64,000 nt of DNA from Lama glama (taxonomy: Eukaryota). The notes beneath the pieces are model-generated. The model saw only the letters and a list, made by a program, of their open reading frames with translations, made no database searches and had not been told where the DNA came from. This document shows positions 1-12,994 of this stretch, piece by piece; within the stretch, counting starts at the first letter, position 1; each line of letters starts with the position of its first letter. Made by a program: the position numbers and the translations under genes. The stretch lies in assembly GCA_028534125.1 (NCBI GenBank), contig CM052817.1, forward strand, positions 95,048,001 to 95,112,000, given 5' to 3'.

Positions 1-59
1 CATATAAAATGTCCTGAAGTAATATTAAACATTTTCTGAAGTAGGCAATGATACAAGTG

Positions 60-540
60 GAGTCTAAGAAAAATCTCCATGGTACTGGTAAGACTGGAAA
101 GGAAGAGGGGCATGGGTAAGGTAACAGGCCATGATCCAAATGAGAGTGGATGAGGATTTGAACTCTGGTTGGCAGCAAGGATGGAAGGGAGATATTCAAG
201 AAATCCACATTTTAAAGTTCAGGATTTGCCCTTTGAAAAACAAGGAAGGAGCCACAGATGCTAATTATCACGGTAAACAGTCACATCTTGATAAAAATAA
301 AGAAACTGGGAGGGACATCTGATGAACCCAGTTTTGCCCATGTTGAACTTTAAGCAGTGACAGAACATTTGGAGATAGGAGGCTGGAACTCAGAAAAGAG
401 ATTCAAGCTGGAAGCACAGTTGGGTGTCACCAGCAGAATGTTAATTGCTGAAATCAGTAGACTGCATGCTCTCTTTGATGGAGAAACTACAACCATGAAA
501 ATCAGAGAAACAGGGGCTACAGAGGGGAGAATACTAGAAA
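60..540 (-). mobile_element. Ancient L2 LINE fragment
   Basis: Purine-rich antisense-L2-like text (GTTTTGCCCATGTTGAACTT...TTGGAGATAGGAGGCTGGAACTCAGAAAAGAG). Boundaries approximate. Confidence 0.6.
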
Positions 541-1096
541 TAGGCTCTTCTCATACTTCTATGCCTAATGATTAGTGGAAAATGTGACCACTTTGGTTTA
601 AAAATTACAGCAGGCAACTTTGGTAATGGTACCTGCCTCTCAATGATCTCCCACCTCTGGAAATGTCTTATGGCTACAGGGATGGAGTCCAGTAGCCAGG
701 TTGCAACATGCCCCTGAACATTGGTCATTGATCAAGAAAATAGAAACCTAGCTCAAGCAAAAATATTCTCTTTGTCTCCACATCTCTCTCTCTCTCTACC
801 TCCCCTCCCTTCTCGTTCTTTCTCTCTCCCCGGCCCCATCTTTCTCTCACATGTGTATGTCTAAAACTTGGAATGAAAAGACATTGCAACTGGGCATCAC
901 ATTTATGGTACAGCCCAACAGAAAAGGTCAACAAAGTCCCATTTCTAAGGTCCCTAAAGTTGAATCCCTAAGGTTTGGTTTTTGATTGTCCACAATAATC
1001 AGTCTCTTTCAAACAAGTGCCATCACTCCTATTTCTGCTTTATGGTACATGGAATCAGTTTCCATTGCTATGAACAAAAGACTCAAGTGATACCAC

Positions 1097-1372
1097 TGTC
1101 TTAGTCTGTTCAGGCTGCTAATACAAAATACTAGAGACTGGATAGTTTATAAATGACAGAAGTAGTGTATTTATCACAGACCTGGAGGCTGGGATGTCTA
1201 AGGTCAATGCGCCAGCAGATTTGGTGTCTGGGGAGGACCCACTTCTTGGTTCACAGATGGAGGGCTCAGCCTTGGTGACCTGAGCATCTCTCAAAGACCC
1301 TCCTCCAAACGCCATCACACCAGGGATTATGTTTCAGCATATGAAGTTGGCAGGGCCACAAACACCATGGCA
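1097..1372 (-). mobile_element. Solo MaLR LTR (MLT1A-like), internally deleted
   Basis: TG...CA ends, typical TGTCTTAGTCTGTTCAGGCTGCTA terminus, and a 5-bp TSD ACCAC at 1092-1096 and 1373-1377. Confidence 0.85.
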
Positions 1373-1399
1373 ACCACAAATATTTAATGACCATCCCCT

Positions 1400-1560
1400 C
1401 AATGCTATTCAAGCTTAGTAGGGATATGAATCACCTAGGCATCTTGTTAAATCTAGGTTCTGATTCATAAGGCCTGGGGTGGAGCCCAGAATTCTGCATT
1501 TCGAACCAGCTCGGATGATGCCATTAAGGCCAGCCTGAAGACACACTTGAAGCAGCAGTG
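1400..1560. mobile_element. MER5-like hAT-Charlie DNA transposon
   Basis: GAATCACCT...CTTGTTAAA...TTCTGATTCA...CTGGGGTGGAGCCCAGAATTCTGCATTT core. Confidence 0.75.
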
Positions 1561-2769
1561 TACCACATCACACTAACATGGTCCTCAAGGAACTCGTTGT
1601 CTGACAAGGCAGACAAGCCATACACACAGGAAATAAATAATTCAGTCACTATACAGCAGAAGGTACCCTGGAGTGATTTTAGACTTGGTTCTGTTTAAAC
1701 CTGTGTTTAAACTTGCAAATCACTGAATCAGGTTGGGCCTCCATTTCTGCATCTATGGAACAAGAGTGACGGGATGACAATCATGTCTCTCTCAGTTCTT
1801 AAATTCTATCTGTGATTACAGTTAAAATTAATTATACAAATGGGGGCATATCAATTTAGACAACTGTCCATTATATATGTGTAATAAAAAGTTATTTCTA
1901 ATAAAAGTATACATTTAATAATTTTTTAAATGTGTGCAAAACATTGGGTGGAAAAACAGTTTAATAAATAATATATACAATATTGTTTACATACATAAAC
2001 ACACACAGAACAGCCTGGAAGTGTTTGAACTTATTAGTTCTAAATTTTCCTCTTTACTCTTTTCTGTATTTTCTACTGTCAACAAGTATATTTTTATAAG
2101 AAAGCCTAAATCTAAGACAGATAGTGTCCGTCCTTGTCAATCCCAGCCCTACCCAGCTGCTCCCCACCTCAGCTCTGAGCTAGGAATGGCTCAGTCAGGC
2201 CATATGTCAGAAGCTTCCTTCCCGTGAGTGAGCAGAATCTGGAAGTAGTTTGTCCAGTGTTCCTGGAGGTGAATTGAGACTCCTGGGAATGAGCTACCAT
2301 TTGATCTAACTGGCCTTCTGCCCAGCTTCTGGTTTTCACCCTAGCTCCCTGCTGGGATAGGAGCCCAGCCCTGAACCTCGGCCAAAGAGCTGTAGCCCTC
2401 ACTCCACTTAATTCTTGCCAGCCCAGGAGGCAGACACTGCTAGGGGTACCACCACCACCACCATCCCAACTTCCCTGGCTACTAGATTGTCCGAATTAGC
2501 CTGGGGAGACCTCCCAAGACTGCAGCTCAGATAACAGCTCAGATAACTGTAAATTCTCCCCCAGGCCTGAGGCGCGAGTCTGCCAAAAGCCTTTTACAAA
2601 TGATTTCTCTACATTCACAAGTCGGCTAAAAACACAGCCACACATTTTGCAGATTAATTAACTGTACTGACAAAACAGCAGCCCTAGTTGAAGAGGTAAA
2701 ATATATGTGGTATTCCATCACAGTGGGATCGCATACTTTAATTTTCATCTGTGCTTACATTAAGGATGA

Positions 2770-3085
2770 ACTGTGATCATATAACATCTTTGGGACTTGG
2801 TTTCCTCATCTGTAAAGTGACTGGACAATCCCTCAGTTAAAATTCTAGATACATTTCTTTACCGAGCAATTATATTAACTTTTTGGACCTGTTCTGTTAC
2901 TCCCATAGTGTTCATACTGCTCACTATAGCAGCAGTCTTGTGCTATTTTATGGTTAGTTGTTCATGTGTGTTTTTCTCCAGGGAGTTCCTTGAAGACAGA
3001 GATTTTGTTTTATTTGGGTCTGGGAAGCTGAGTTTCTTGCACAGTTATGAGCTCACAGTGGGCCACAGTAAGCACTGACTGAACT
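2770..3085 (+). mobile_element. MIR fragment followed by L2 3' end
   Basis: MIR core GTTTCCTCATCTGTAAA near 2799-2816, then L2-like GAGTTCCTTGAAGACAGAGATTTTGTTTTATT. Confidence 0.55.
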
Positions 3086-4120
3086 GCACACATTAATAAC
3101 TAAGTCACAACAACCCCCCCCAATGCTCTGCACTTGAACAGAATTTGCAAAATACATTTTCTACAGTTCCTCACATCCAGAAAAAGTCATTTTGAGATAC
3201 AATTAATCATGTTCAACTTCATCGGGGAAACTTCAGTTCTCTTGGCTATTTGATAGTTGGAAAATGAAGGAGGGGAGAGGAAAGCAATTATTTTATGGAT
3301 TAATATAATCCACCTTCTTCAAAAAGGACATAGAGCCGTTTGCCAGAAGAGGCAGGAACTGGCAAACTTTGCCTTACTGATGCTCAGAAGCCCTGAAGCT
3401 ACCTCTCCAGAGAGAGATCAGAGGCAACAGAGACATAAGAACGTCAACTTTATCAACAAAACTGTCAGAATAGTGGTGGAGCTTGAACTAAGCCGGCTGG
3501 AGTAATTTTCTTCCTGAAAATTTGCTTCAGAGATTCCTTGGGTTACTTGAACATTTTGTAAAATAAGTAACTATTACTGTCCTTTGTGACCCCTGGTCGA
3601 GAAATAAGGCTTGGAGTCTAGCAGAAGACATAGTTGTTAGAAGATAATTTTAAGTAAAAGGTAAAATCATGACCTCCATAGAGCTATAAAAATAAATGTG
3701 TTAAAGATTTCTTTTTAAAATCATATGTTATGAGGGAAACAGGTGTATATTGTAACAGTTCAAAGGCAAAATCAAAACATGAATTGATAACAAATAAACT
3801 AGTCCCAAGTTTATAGGGACAAAACTAGTTTTTCCACGTGGGAGAGGAAATAAGTCAAAATCAGTAGTAGATCAGACATATTGTACATCATCTATCAGTT
3901 ACCTGAAACTGACAGAGAGTTGCAAAATAGCTCAAAGACAATGAATGGGGCTGGAATCTGATCATCTGGCGTAGTATATTTACAGATAAGTCATAGTTTC
4001 CTATTAAAACAAAACAAAATTTTTTTCTACAGCATTTACTTGACACTTGGCCCTAACAGATCTCTTTAACCTAACAGATATTCCAGCCATGCTTTGGCGA
4101 AAAAACTGCTGTCATGTCTT

Positions 4121-4160
4121 TTTGTTTGTTTGTTTGTTTGTTTGTTTGTTTATTGGTTTT
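4121..4160. repeat. (TTTG)n microsatellite flanked by an 11-bp direct repeat
   Basis: TGTCATGTCTT at 4110-4120 and 4161-4171. Confidence 0.9.
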
Positions 4161-5609
4161 TGTCATGTCTTAATTAAACTCTCTACTGGTATCCAAGATG
4201 CCGCTATTCCACGGTGCTCATTAAAAAGGAGCCACGTTTTCTGACATCAGGGATCCCTGTGTGACAGAGCTGACCTTCTGTTTTTAAAACCTTGAAGATC
4301 CTAATATTCTATACTAGGCATTCTCTATCCCAGTGCAGAAATGGGACATGGGGGTTTTCCTTATAAAACAAGGCCAAGTTATTTTCTCAAAAAGTAATGT
4401 GGACTCTGCTCAGATACCCAAGTGAGTATTCAGTTGAGACCCTAGGGTTCTGGGCTATGCATGTGGAAGACGGTTTAAAGACAAGAGTTCCCTGTCACAA
4501 GGCTTTGTACTTTGCAATAATTCCTTCAGGAGCAGCATCTCCTGGATGTGCCCACCGTGTTTCCAGAGCTGAAGAGCCCTCTCCATGGGGTCTGTGCTCT
4601 TTTCCAGCAGTTTCCCCACTGGTAGAAGCCGTGGTTTATCTCTTCAAGTTAGACCGGAGACCCAAAGGCAGAAACAGGTTAGGTGGCTGAGCCCTCCCCA
4701 ACACACGCCTGCAGCGAGTGACCTCACCCCTCGGCCATCCTCCTCCTGCACCACCCTGGTGGTCTCCCCTTGTTATCCTATCTGGACCAGGCGCTGAGCC
4801 GCCTTTGTTCGCTTATCTGAACTTGGGTGGGTGGATCTCTTTTTTTCAGTTTTTTTCCTTCAGCCCTCTCCTTTCCAGAGCTCCACTCTGTTCCCCACTA
4901 TCCCAGGCCATTCCCTCTTCTCAGGAATGTTTCTCTTACCTATTTTCCTGTCAAGGCAGCTGGCAGTTTTATTCGGAATCTAAAGACTCGAGTAATCTTG
5001 AGCAAGCAGCCGGCTGGGAGGAGGGATTTAGGATCCTCTGCGCTAAACAGGGAGGAGGGGCGGTTCCTATAGGGCCAGACACTCTGAAAACTACCAGTTG
5101 GCTGCCTTGACCATAAAAGCAGTTCAGCCCAGCCTCTGGTGAATGTCTGATTTTTTTTTTTTTAAAGTAGAATTGTATCCCCATGGACCTACCTGGGTAG
5201 GTTGGCTGCAAAATATACATTCCAAAAGCTGAATGAGTTGACCTGTTGTATGGGGTTACTTAGTATTGTTCATTTAAATACTGGAGAATGTCTGTCAAAT
5301 ACAATGGTTTTCATTGTAGCACAGTTGATGTTAAGTCGTTCTGACAGTAAGTAGGCACCAGGCTCAGCAGCTTCTAAAGGAAAATCCTGGTTTGTGTTAA
5401 TAAAACCATGTCATCAGCATCAAGAGGGGCTCATACTCTACTGTTTACCATGACTTGCAGCATCCTCCCTGTTTATTTAACAGCTGTACCAAGTTATATA
5501 TGAGTGGAGCTAGGATGCCAAATTAGGACACTACCTTCTTTTATACATTTAGAACTGGAATTTTACTCGACCCAGAAGAAACTCAGAATGTACACCAGGA
5601 TTACAGAAC

Positions 5610-5750
5610 TTAATTCACAGATTCATCCAAAAGGTACCCACTGAGTGCACCATTGCTCTATGAACTGGAGATACAAAGATTAGTAAGACAGGATCTCTGT
5701 CCTGAGAGAACTTAGGATATAGTGGAGAAGACAGTGCAAAAGAGCGGTAC
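5610..5750 (-). mobile_element. L2 3' end fragment
   Basis: ATTCATCCAA...CTGAGTGCAC...CTGGAGATACAAAGAT...AAGACAG pattern. Confidence 0.55.
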
Positions 5751-8700
5751 AACATATTCACAAGGTTGGCATCGCTCGGTCACTGTTGTGTTCTTAATGT
5801 CCAGGATTCCCGAAAATTTAGGAACTTGAATAGAAATGAAATCCCGTGGTGGCATTATGACACACGGCCTTAGGGGAGCACTAACAAGTGATCTGATCAG
5901 AAACTAAAGCCATTATAAAAAGTCCTATTATTTTGTTTTTATTTCTAATATTTTTTAAGTTGGAGTAATAAAAGTAACACATGCTTATTACAAAACATCA
6001 TCTACAATCTCATGACTTCATTATTCTTAACTATTTTGTTCCTAAGCAATAATGGTCCGTTGTCGATTACACCTAAAACCTGCTCATTCTTCATGTAAAA
6101 TACATCCTGAGAGCAAACTAGGAAAAAAGAGTCTGCCTAAGAGCAGTGTTTGTTTTGCTTCGTTTTGTTTAAGCTTTAAAGCTAATAAAAGAGTGACTAG
6201 GTCCCAACGTAGTAAGTGACTTGAGTCTATAGACTACCAAGAGAGCATCGTGCAGCTCTAGGGCTGAGGCAGGCAACTTCTTACACGACTGGAGATTAGT
6301 ACCAAAGGGTCCCTTTCAAAGAAGCCTTCCACGCACGTCACTTTTCCTACATTCATATTCATTATTGGTTCTGTCAGTTCAGCTTAAAGTCTTTTACTGA
6401 AATCAGTCATAACCATTCCTTCCCCTGCAACAAAAGACAAAGGAGTTATAAGATTACTGAACTTGGGGAGTCAGTGTATCATTCCAGGAAAGCCATTTGA
6501 AGGGTTGTTTTACAAAATCTGTAGGATGTATTTGACTCTTAAAAGTCTTTCTTGAACCACATAAGATATTAAAGATCAATGTGAAAATGCAGATTTTTAA
6601 TTTTCTTTTAGTATCAAAATAAATGAGTGCATGTCTTTTTAAAAAAGGGCTTTTTCTTGGGACTAGTGCCCCCAAATTCAACAGCAGGTTTTCCTCTATG
6701 TTACCTCAATCTCTGACTTTGGCCAAGTCATCTCTATATACCTAACTTTTCTCACCCCAAACGATCTTATCACTAGAACGTGATGAAAACCAAATCATGA
6801 CTAAGGATCAGGGAGGGTAAATAAGTCTGTATTTTTAAGAAAAAAATAAGGTACAGACATCAAATTCCTTTAAGACAGCAAAGGCAACACGACTAACTGT
6901 GCCTTCACATTTTCGGCCTATAATTGCTTCACCTCTGAAATGAAGAGTTGAGTTAAATGATCTCTTGGGTCCAGTGCGGTTTAAAATTCTGTTACTGTGT
7001 TATTCTAGTATCATAAGAATTATGTCCAGAAAAGTAAGAAATAAAATAGCAGAGAACAAACACAAATAGTAAATCCACAGTAAACACCTCTAAAATGCTT
7101 CTAATTTAGCCTGTTCAATAAGAAAGTGAAATCTCAAAGAGGCTTAGCTGGTTGTCAAAAGATACACTGAAACCTTCAGCCTGACTCAAGGCCCAAGGTC
7201 AAGGAATTAATATAATCAGAACCACAACAAAGTAGACATGGCGGCATAGGGAATCGTTTAGAGTAGATTGGAAAGGAATTTGATATTTTCTCCACTCTGG
7301 TTTTATTCAAACCAGTGGAAAAAATTACAATTTTTAAACTGTACTTAATAATGAAATATCAAAGTAGATACAGCCTTGGGCATCTCTCTAGGCCATTTAT
7401 ATGCTTCTTGGGTGGCTGAAGGCCCCCCAGCTTCCAGCGTATTTGAGGTGTGTATTAATGGCTTCGTACAATGAAGTATCTTAATGGCATACTTACTGAA
7501 GCACTTAGTCTGCTCCTTGGGGGTGAAGAGATCAAGTGCATCCCTGTAAAAGCACAGAGGCTTGCTGGAGACAGCATAATGGCTGCTGCAGCCCGGAGTC
7601 CATGGACTCACCCTGTGGCTTGTTGATAACTTCAACTTGTCAAAGTTATAATTTGTCACCCGGCATTTTGAATTAGGACCTAAGACATTTCATCAATACC
7701 TGTCAATCCACACCCAGCAAAGAAAGCAATACAGTGTCAAGCGAAGGATTTACTTTAACGAGCTGGCCATAAAGCTGTCAAGGGCTGTTTTTTCTTAGCT
7801 TCCCTTCTTTCACCACTTCCCAAGCCAAATCCAACCAAAAACACCGGGTTCAACAGAATCACTCTGAGGTGACAGAAATCCCCATAGCCTTCCCCACTAT
7901 CCATCTGTATAACCTCCTGGAGAACTGGCTGGCCAATAGGGCCCCAATTTCTATGACAGTTAAGTAAAGAGATTAAACTAAATGGTGTTCAGAGCTAACA
8001 TTCCATAATTCTATCTCATTTTTTCTTTTGGGTAACTAGTAGTTTGAAGAACCCTGAGTAAAGCCAAATTTCCAACTTTTGCCTCAAGGAAATTTGATTT
8101 CTTTTTTTTTCAAAATAAAATCTCTACAATACAAAAAAGCCGAAGGTGCCTATTTTAGCTTTACTCCTTTAGGGTGGTATTTAAAGAATGAACCAGGAGT
8201 GGCTTTTACTTAAGGAAGCAGTCATAAAGAAAAAGAGAATAAAGGTTATAATTTAGAATGGAATTGTTTTTAATGAAATAATGCTACGTATAAGTGCACC
8301 TTTTTTTTTTTAAACCTATGACCATGCCAGTATCCCTATGTTATAAACAGGCTCACAGAAGATGGGGTCTCTGTAAATAGACTGCTTTTATTATAGTTAA
8401 GGATTTTTTTTTTCCCTTAAAGGCTAGTTCTTAAAAGGACATGGGAATTGAAAAATCACTCCTATGAACTACCTAGAGGAAAATGTATACAAATAAAACT
8501 AACATAATTACTAATCGTATCATTACTAACCATGTTATCACCAGCATTTTTAGTGCAAGTAACAGAAAGATTTAAATGTTCTCAAATGTTGGCCTATGAA
8601 GCTGAAATGAAATACTGTAAAGACCAGCTTTCCGTATAAAGTGACACAAAGAACGACATATTCAATCGATAACTTCCGGGTCAGGCAAGCGGGAGGTAGT

Positions 8701-10004
8701 ACACAAGAAACTCAGTTTTATAACAAGGGTCTAAGGTGGAGAAGGAGTAGGTTAAAAGAGCAGATTCTTTAACCAAGGTGAGTTGCTTAACTTTTAATCT
8801 GCAAAGGACAGAAGAGTTTAGCTAAATTGTACAGAAGCCACTGAACGCCTTCTCCATGAAGAGATCTACACTTAGGCTACAGTAGGATTAAACTAGTTAT
8901 TTCTAAGTTCCTTCAAGTCCCTTTTTTCAATGATTCCTGGAACTTTCAAAGGCTTATCCAAATGAAACACATGCCCAGTTTGAAGGCAAATCTACCACAG
9001 AAAAAGCCTCCTTTCACACCCTGTTCTATCTTGCCTCAGTCAGTTTATCCAAGATTCTGGCCTTTCAGATTTCTGAGCTCAAATTTTCATTTCAGCTACT
9101 CCACCTCCTAGAAATACCTAATGGACTATTAAAGAATTGGCAACAAGTAAAAGAAATATTTCATAACCGGTATTTTTATTTTGCTTAGAGAAATTCACAG
9201 GTTATTTTAATTCACTGCTATAGTTCTTAGCCCATTTTAGAAGAGCAGTTGGGGCTGGAATTTTTTTTTTTATTTAGCTTTTCTCTAGACTACCTGCGAA
9301 TCATTAAAAATGTATCCCCAGTTGGGTCTACGGTTAAGTAACTGTTCTTTGCAAAATCAATCTGTAAAGATTCAGTGTAGAACACATTTTATTTCCCATT
9401 TTGCTTGTGATCCTAAATTATTTGGTGCCACTGCTTACAAGTGCTAATCTTGAGCTAATTCTCATAAAAATAAGCACAATGATGTTAGAGTTCATAACCT
9501 CTGGGCATCACACTTGCATGCTTGGGGCTAAGACTACCCTTGTGGGATGATACAGGATTATCTACAGCACCAAAGTGACCTGAAGTGCGTGCAGCCCCAC
9601 CTAGTTCCCATTAATGAAGAAAATGTTTAAATCTTGTCATCTTGAGTTAATAATCTCCTTCTGTCTCATGCTGAAATGTTCTCTGAAGCTGCCATTTATT
9701 ATAAGCTTACCATCCAGCAGCAATCAGTTAAGCATTTGTTTAGGGACAAAGGCTCTGTCCACTTTCTCCATTCACTCAGTCCTGTACTGCTGAGACCGAG
9801 AACACACACAGGAGGAGACCGCAAAGGCAGTTGGTTAAGGGAGGTAGACTGTTATCAACCATCAGTTGTCCCCCGATTAACTCTTATAGTTCTCATGACT
9901 CCATAAAGTTTCAAAAAGTTTATGTTAGAAATGAAAACCCAAGAATCTATATTTAAATGGATTCCTTTCATTGACATTTGTTCAAGGAACAAGTGAAATA
10001 AGGA

Positions 10005-10160
10005 AACAGCACTAGATTAGGAGTCAGCAGAGCTGGGTCATTTACTACCTGTGGTTTCAGCTTCATCTGTCTTGCGGGGCAACATACCTTATCTACCTGA
10101 CAATTTTGCTTTAAGCATCTAAATGAGGCAACGGTCATGAACGTTCTTTGTAAACAACAA
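10005..10160 (+). mobile_element. MIR SINE fragment
   Basis: AGCACTAGATTAGGAGTCAG...CAGCTTCATCTGT...ATACCTTATCTACCT. Confidence 0.55.
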
Positions 10161-11769
10161 AGTACTTTACAAAATGTTTGAGTGATTCACTTTCCCATTA
10201 TATGTACAGAAAACGGAATACATTTTTAAAAGAAATTTTTATTAAAGAGTTTCGGAAGGGCTGCCAAAGAATCCTAGTAAAAAATTTCTACTCTTCTTAT
10301 CAGAAATACAGGGGAAGAGGGTGGTGAAGTAGCAGCTGCCCAGGGAATCAAACAACAAAGAGCTCAAAATCTGGCATCAGGGAGAGCACTGAAAAATGCT
10401 TAAATCTTTCCAAGAAAGTTAGGGGAAAAGAGATTCACAATTTTCCACAAGACTTAATTTTAACTTAATTACTGATTTTTTAACTACAAAAGAGTGAAAT
10501 ATTCATACAAGCAGAGCTATTTATTGGTCACCCCAGGGCACTTGTCCTTAGACTGGCCCCTTCTTGCACCTTTACAATGTTTTTTGGACACCTGCAAGAT
10601 TCTGAAGGCAAAAGAAAACATCTGCTCATACCCCAACTCATGCCTCTGGGTCCTACGAGCCAATGTTATAATTAATTTATTAATAATTATCATATTAGTA
10701 TCATAGTAGGATTTAGATTAGATCACATATAGATGTCTGTGGTAAATTGGATGGAGGAAATATTATTTTCATTGAGATAAGACTAACTCATTTATGATTT
10801 ATTGCTAATCCAATGAAGGGCCCCTAAATGTCTAAGTGTCCCAAGCCCAGAATTACTTAAACAAGGCCAAAATAATTAAACACAAGCCCCAGTGTGAATT
10901 AGAAATAATAACTTCAAGACAAAGTTTGGAGGGACTTGAATTTCTCTAAGAAAGATTGGGGGAAAGAGATCCCTTGCTCTTTACAAGGCTCAGTTAAAAT
11001 TAAATCATTTGATTTCTTTTCAAATAAAGTCATAAAGTCACAAAATTGTCACATAAGCATCTTCTCTAAGTCACAGAGGAAAAATAGAAGTGAATAATTT
11101 TCTCTGTATTGGATCAATCTTTCTTTCTCTCCATCTCTCCGTCCCTTCATCCCTCCTTTCCATTCTACCTTCTTTCCTTCTCTTTTTCTGAAAAGCAATG
11201 AGTTTAATCTGTAAAGAAATGGAATGTTTCCTATAGCCTGGGCCACTGTTTCCATTTCTTTATCTTTGCGTCCCCATCCTGCACCAACCCCTCTCTCCTA
11301 ACAGTAATGATGTGGGGAGGGTTTTATTTGATTAGGTCAAAGGTGAGAATCCCAGGACAATACTGTCCTTTTAATAGTCTTTGGTATGACAGAAAACATT
11401 GGACCAGAGGCCACATACCTATCTTATCCACACATACCATCAGCATCAGTAGGTACTCTACCACGGCCGGAGGCAGTTTCTTCTTACAAGTATCCTGCCC
11501 TCCAACCCTCCTGGACCCTGATGAACCAGCTTGCTTTTGACTGCTCATCCATTCTTTGTTTTTTCCTCTTATCTACTGTTTGTAAACAGACATCGGCTAA
11601 CTCCTACATTTCGTAACAGCTACATGGATCTTTCTGATGCTCAGGTAATATTAAGTTATTACTGTGTGGTACCCAAACTAGATGATGTGATACAGAAGAA
11701 CAGAAGACCTCTCCCTCTTCTGCTCCATATCTCTGGGACAGAGGAATGCTCCTTCAGAGTTACTTAGAA

Positions 11770-11935
11770 TATTCAGCTAAGTGTCAGTAGCTGCACAATT
11801 TAGTCAAGTTAATAAACCTGTTTCCTTCATTCTGAAAAGGGGATAATGATAATTATAGGAATGCTGTCGGGATGAAATACAATAATACATAGAGAATGCT
11901 CTATCATAACAACTGGCACAAAGAAAGCGATGTTA
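11770..11935 (+). mobile_element. MIR SINE fragment
   Basis: CTGTTTCCTTCATTCTGAAAAGGGGATAATGATA core followed by MIR-like 3' text. Confidence 0.6.
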
Positions 11936-12544
11936 ACTAGTTTTAATGTCACTGTGAGGGCAAGAGGGAGTCTATGCAATGAACCAGGCAGAGGACCCGG
12001 CCGATGTAAACATTTGAAAGAAACTGGGTGGCTCTACATGCCAACCCTTCCTTCCTTTTTCATATTTCAGGGTTAAAAGATGGAAGGGAACAAGATCACT
12101 AAACAGTCACGCTTATAATCAACATAAACAACAACAACAACAAAAAGACAGCAGCGAATTTCGTTGCAAAAACACTGAATAAGGCCTTTTTTAGCATAGA
12201 AGATGATTCAGATTTAACCTGTTGCTATTCTGGATGATGATAGAGTTACTTCTCAAGTTGGAAAATAGCATGATCACTGGATAAGTTAAAATGTATGGTC
12301 AGACATATGATATTTTTAATAGGCATGGGGAAACAGAGTCTAACACGGAAATAAACTCTTTTTTTTTTTTGGAAATAACTCACTCTTAACAGTCGTTGAA
12401 ATAACTTACTCCATTACCTCATTAGGATGGAAAACTACCTTTTCATTTAACAAATGCACATGACAATGACAAGCGCCCTGTGCATCTTCCATTAAATGAA
12501 ATGAAAGATATGGTACAATTTCATTATGGTGATAGTCCCTTTTA

Positions 12545-12770
12545 CAATCATTTTTACTATGAAATATTTCAGATATACACTTTTAAAAATATAAAGAATA
12601 TAATAAACCCTTGGGTATACACTACTCAGCTTAATAAATGAAACATTTACAAATGTAATTGAAGCCCCCCACTAATGATCTCATTTCTCAATTCCTCTTT
12701 CCCCTGGACCTCAAGGTAATCACCGTACTGAATTTGGTGTTATTTATTCATGTGGGACACATTCTCAAGG
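12545..12770 (-). mobile_element. Old L1 (L1M-type) 3' end
   Basis: TTTTACTATGAAATATTTCAGATATAC...ACTACTCAGCTT pattern of antisense L1M 3' UTRs. Confidence 0.55.
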
Positions 12771-12994
12771 TAACATTCTCGGGCCAAGATAAAAGGGCTA
12801 GTCTTCTATCAGTCTTCAGAGTTAATTATTCCCTTTGTGCCTCTAAATAGAATTTATGATGTGGCAAGGTCTAGTAATACCAGAATTAGGTCCTATTTTT
12901 AATTAAATCAAAAGAGGAAAAATAGGCCATTTTAAGGCCACGCCAACTGTGAAAAGTCAATGATATTTAGAAAAAACTTTATAAATGTGGAAAG

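Noticed and set aside
10510..10870. Possible hAT-Tip100-type DNA transposon remnant
   Set aside because: Only a vague resemblance (GGGCCCCT...AAGTGTCCCAAGCCC). I could not define TIRs or a TSD.
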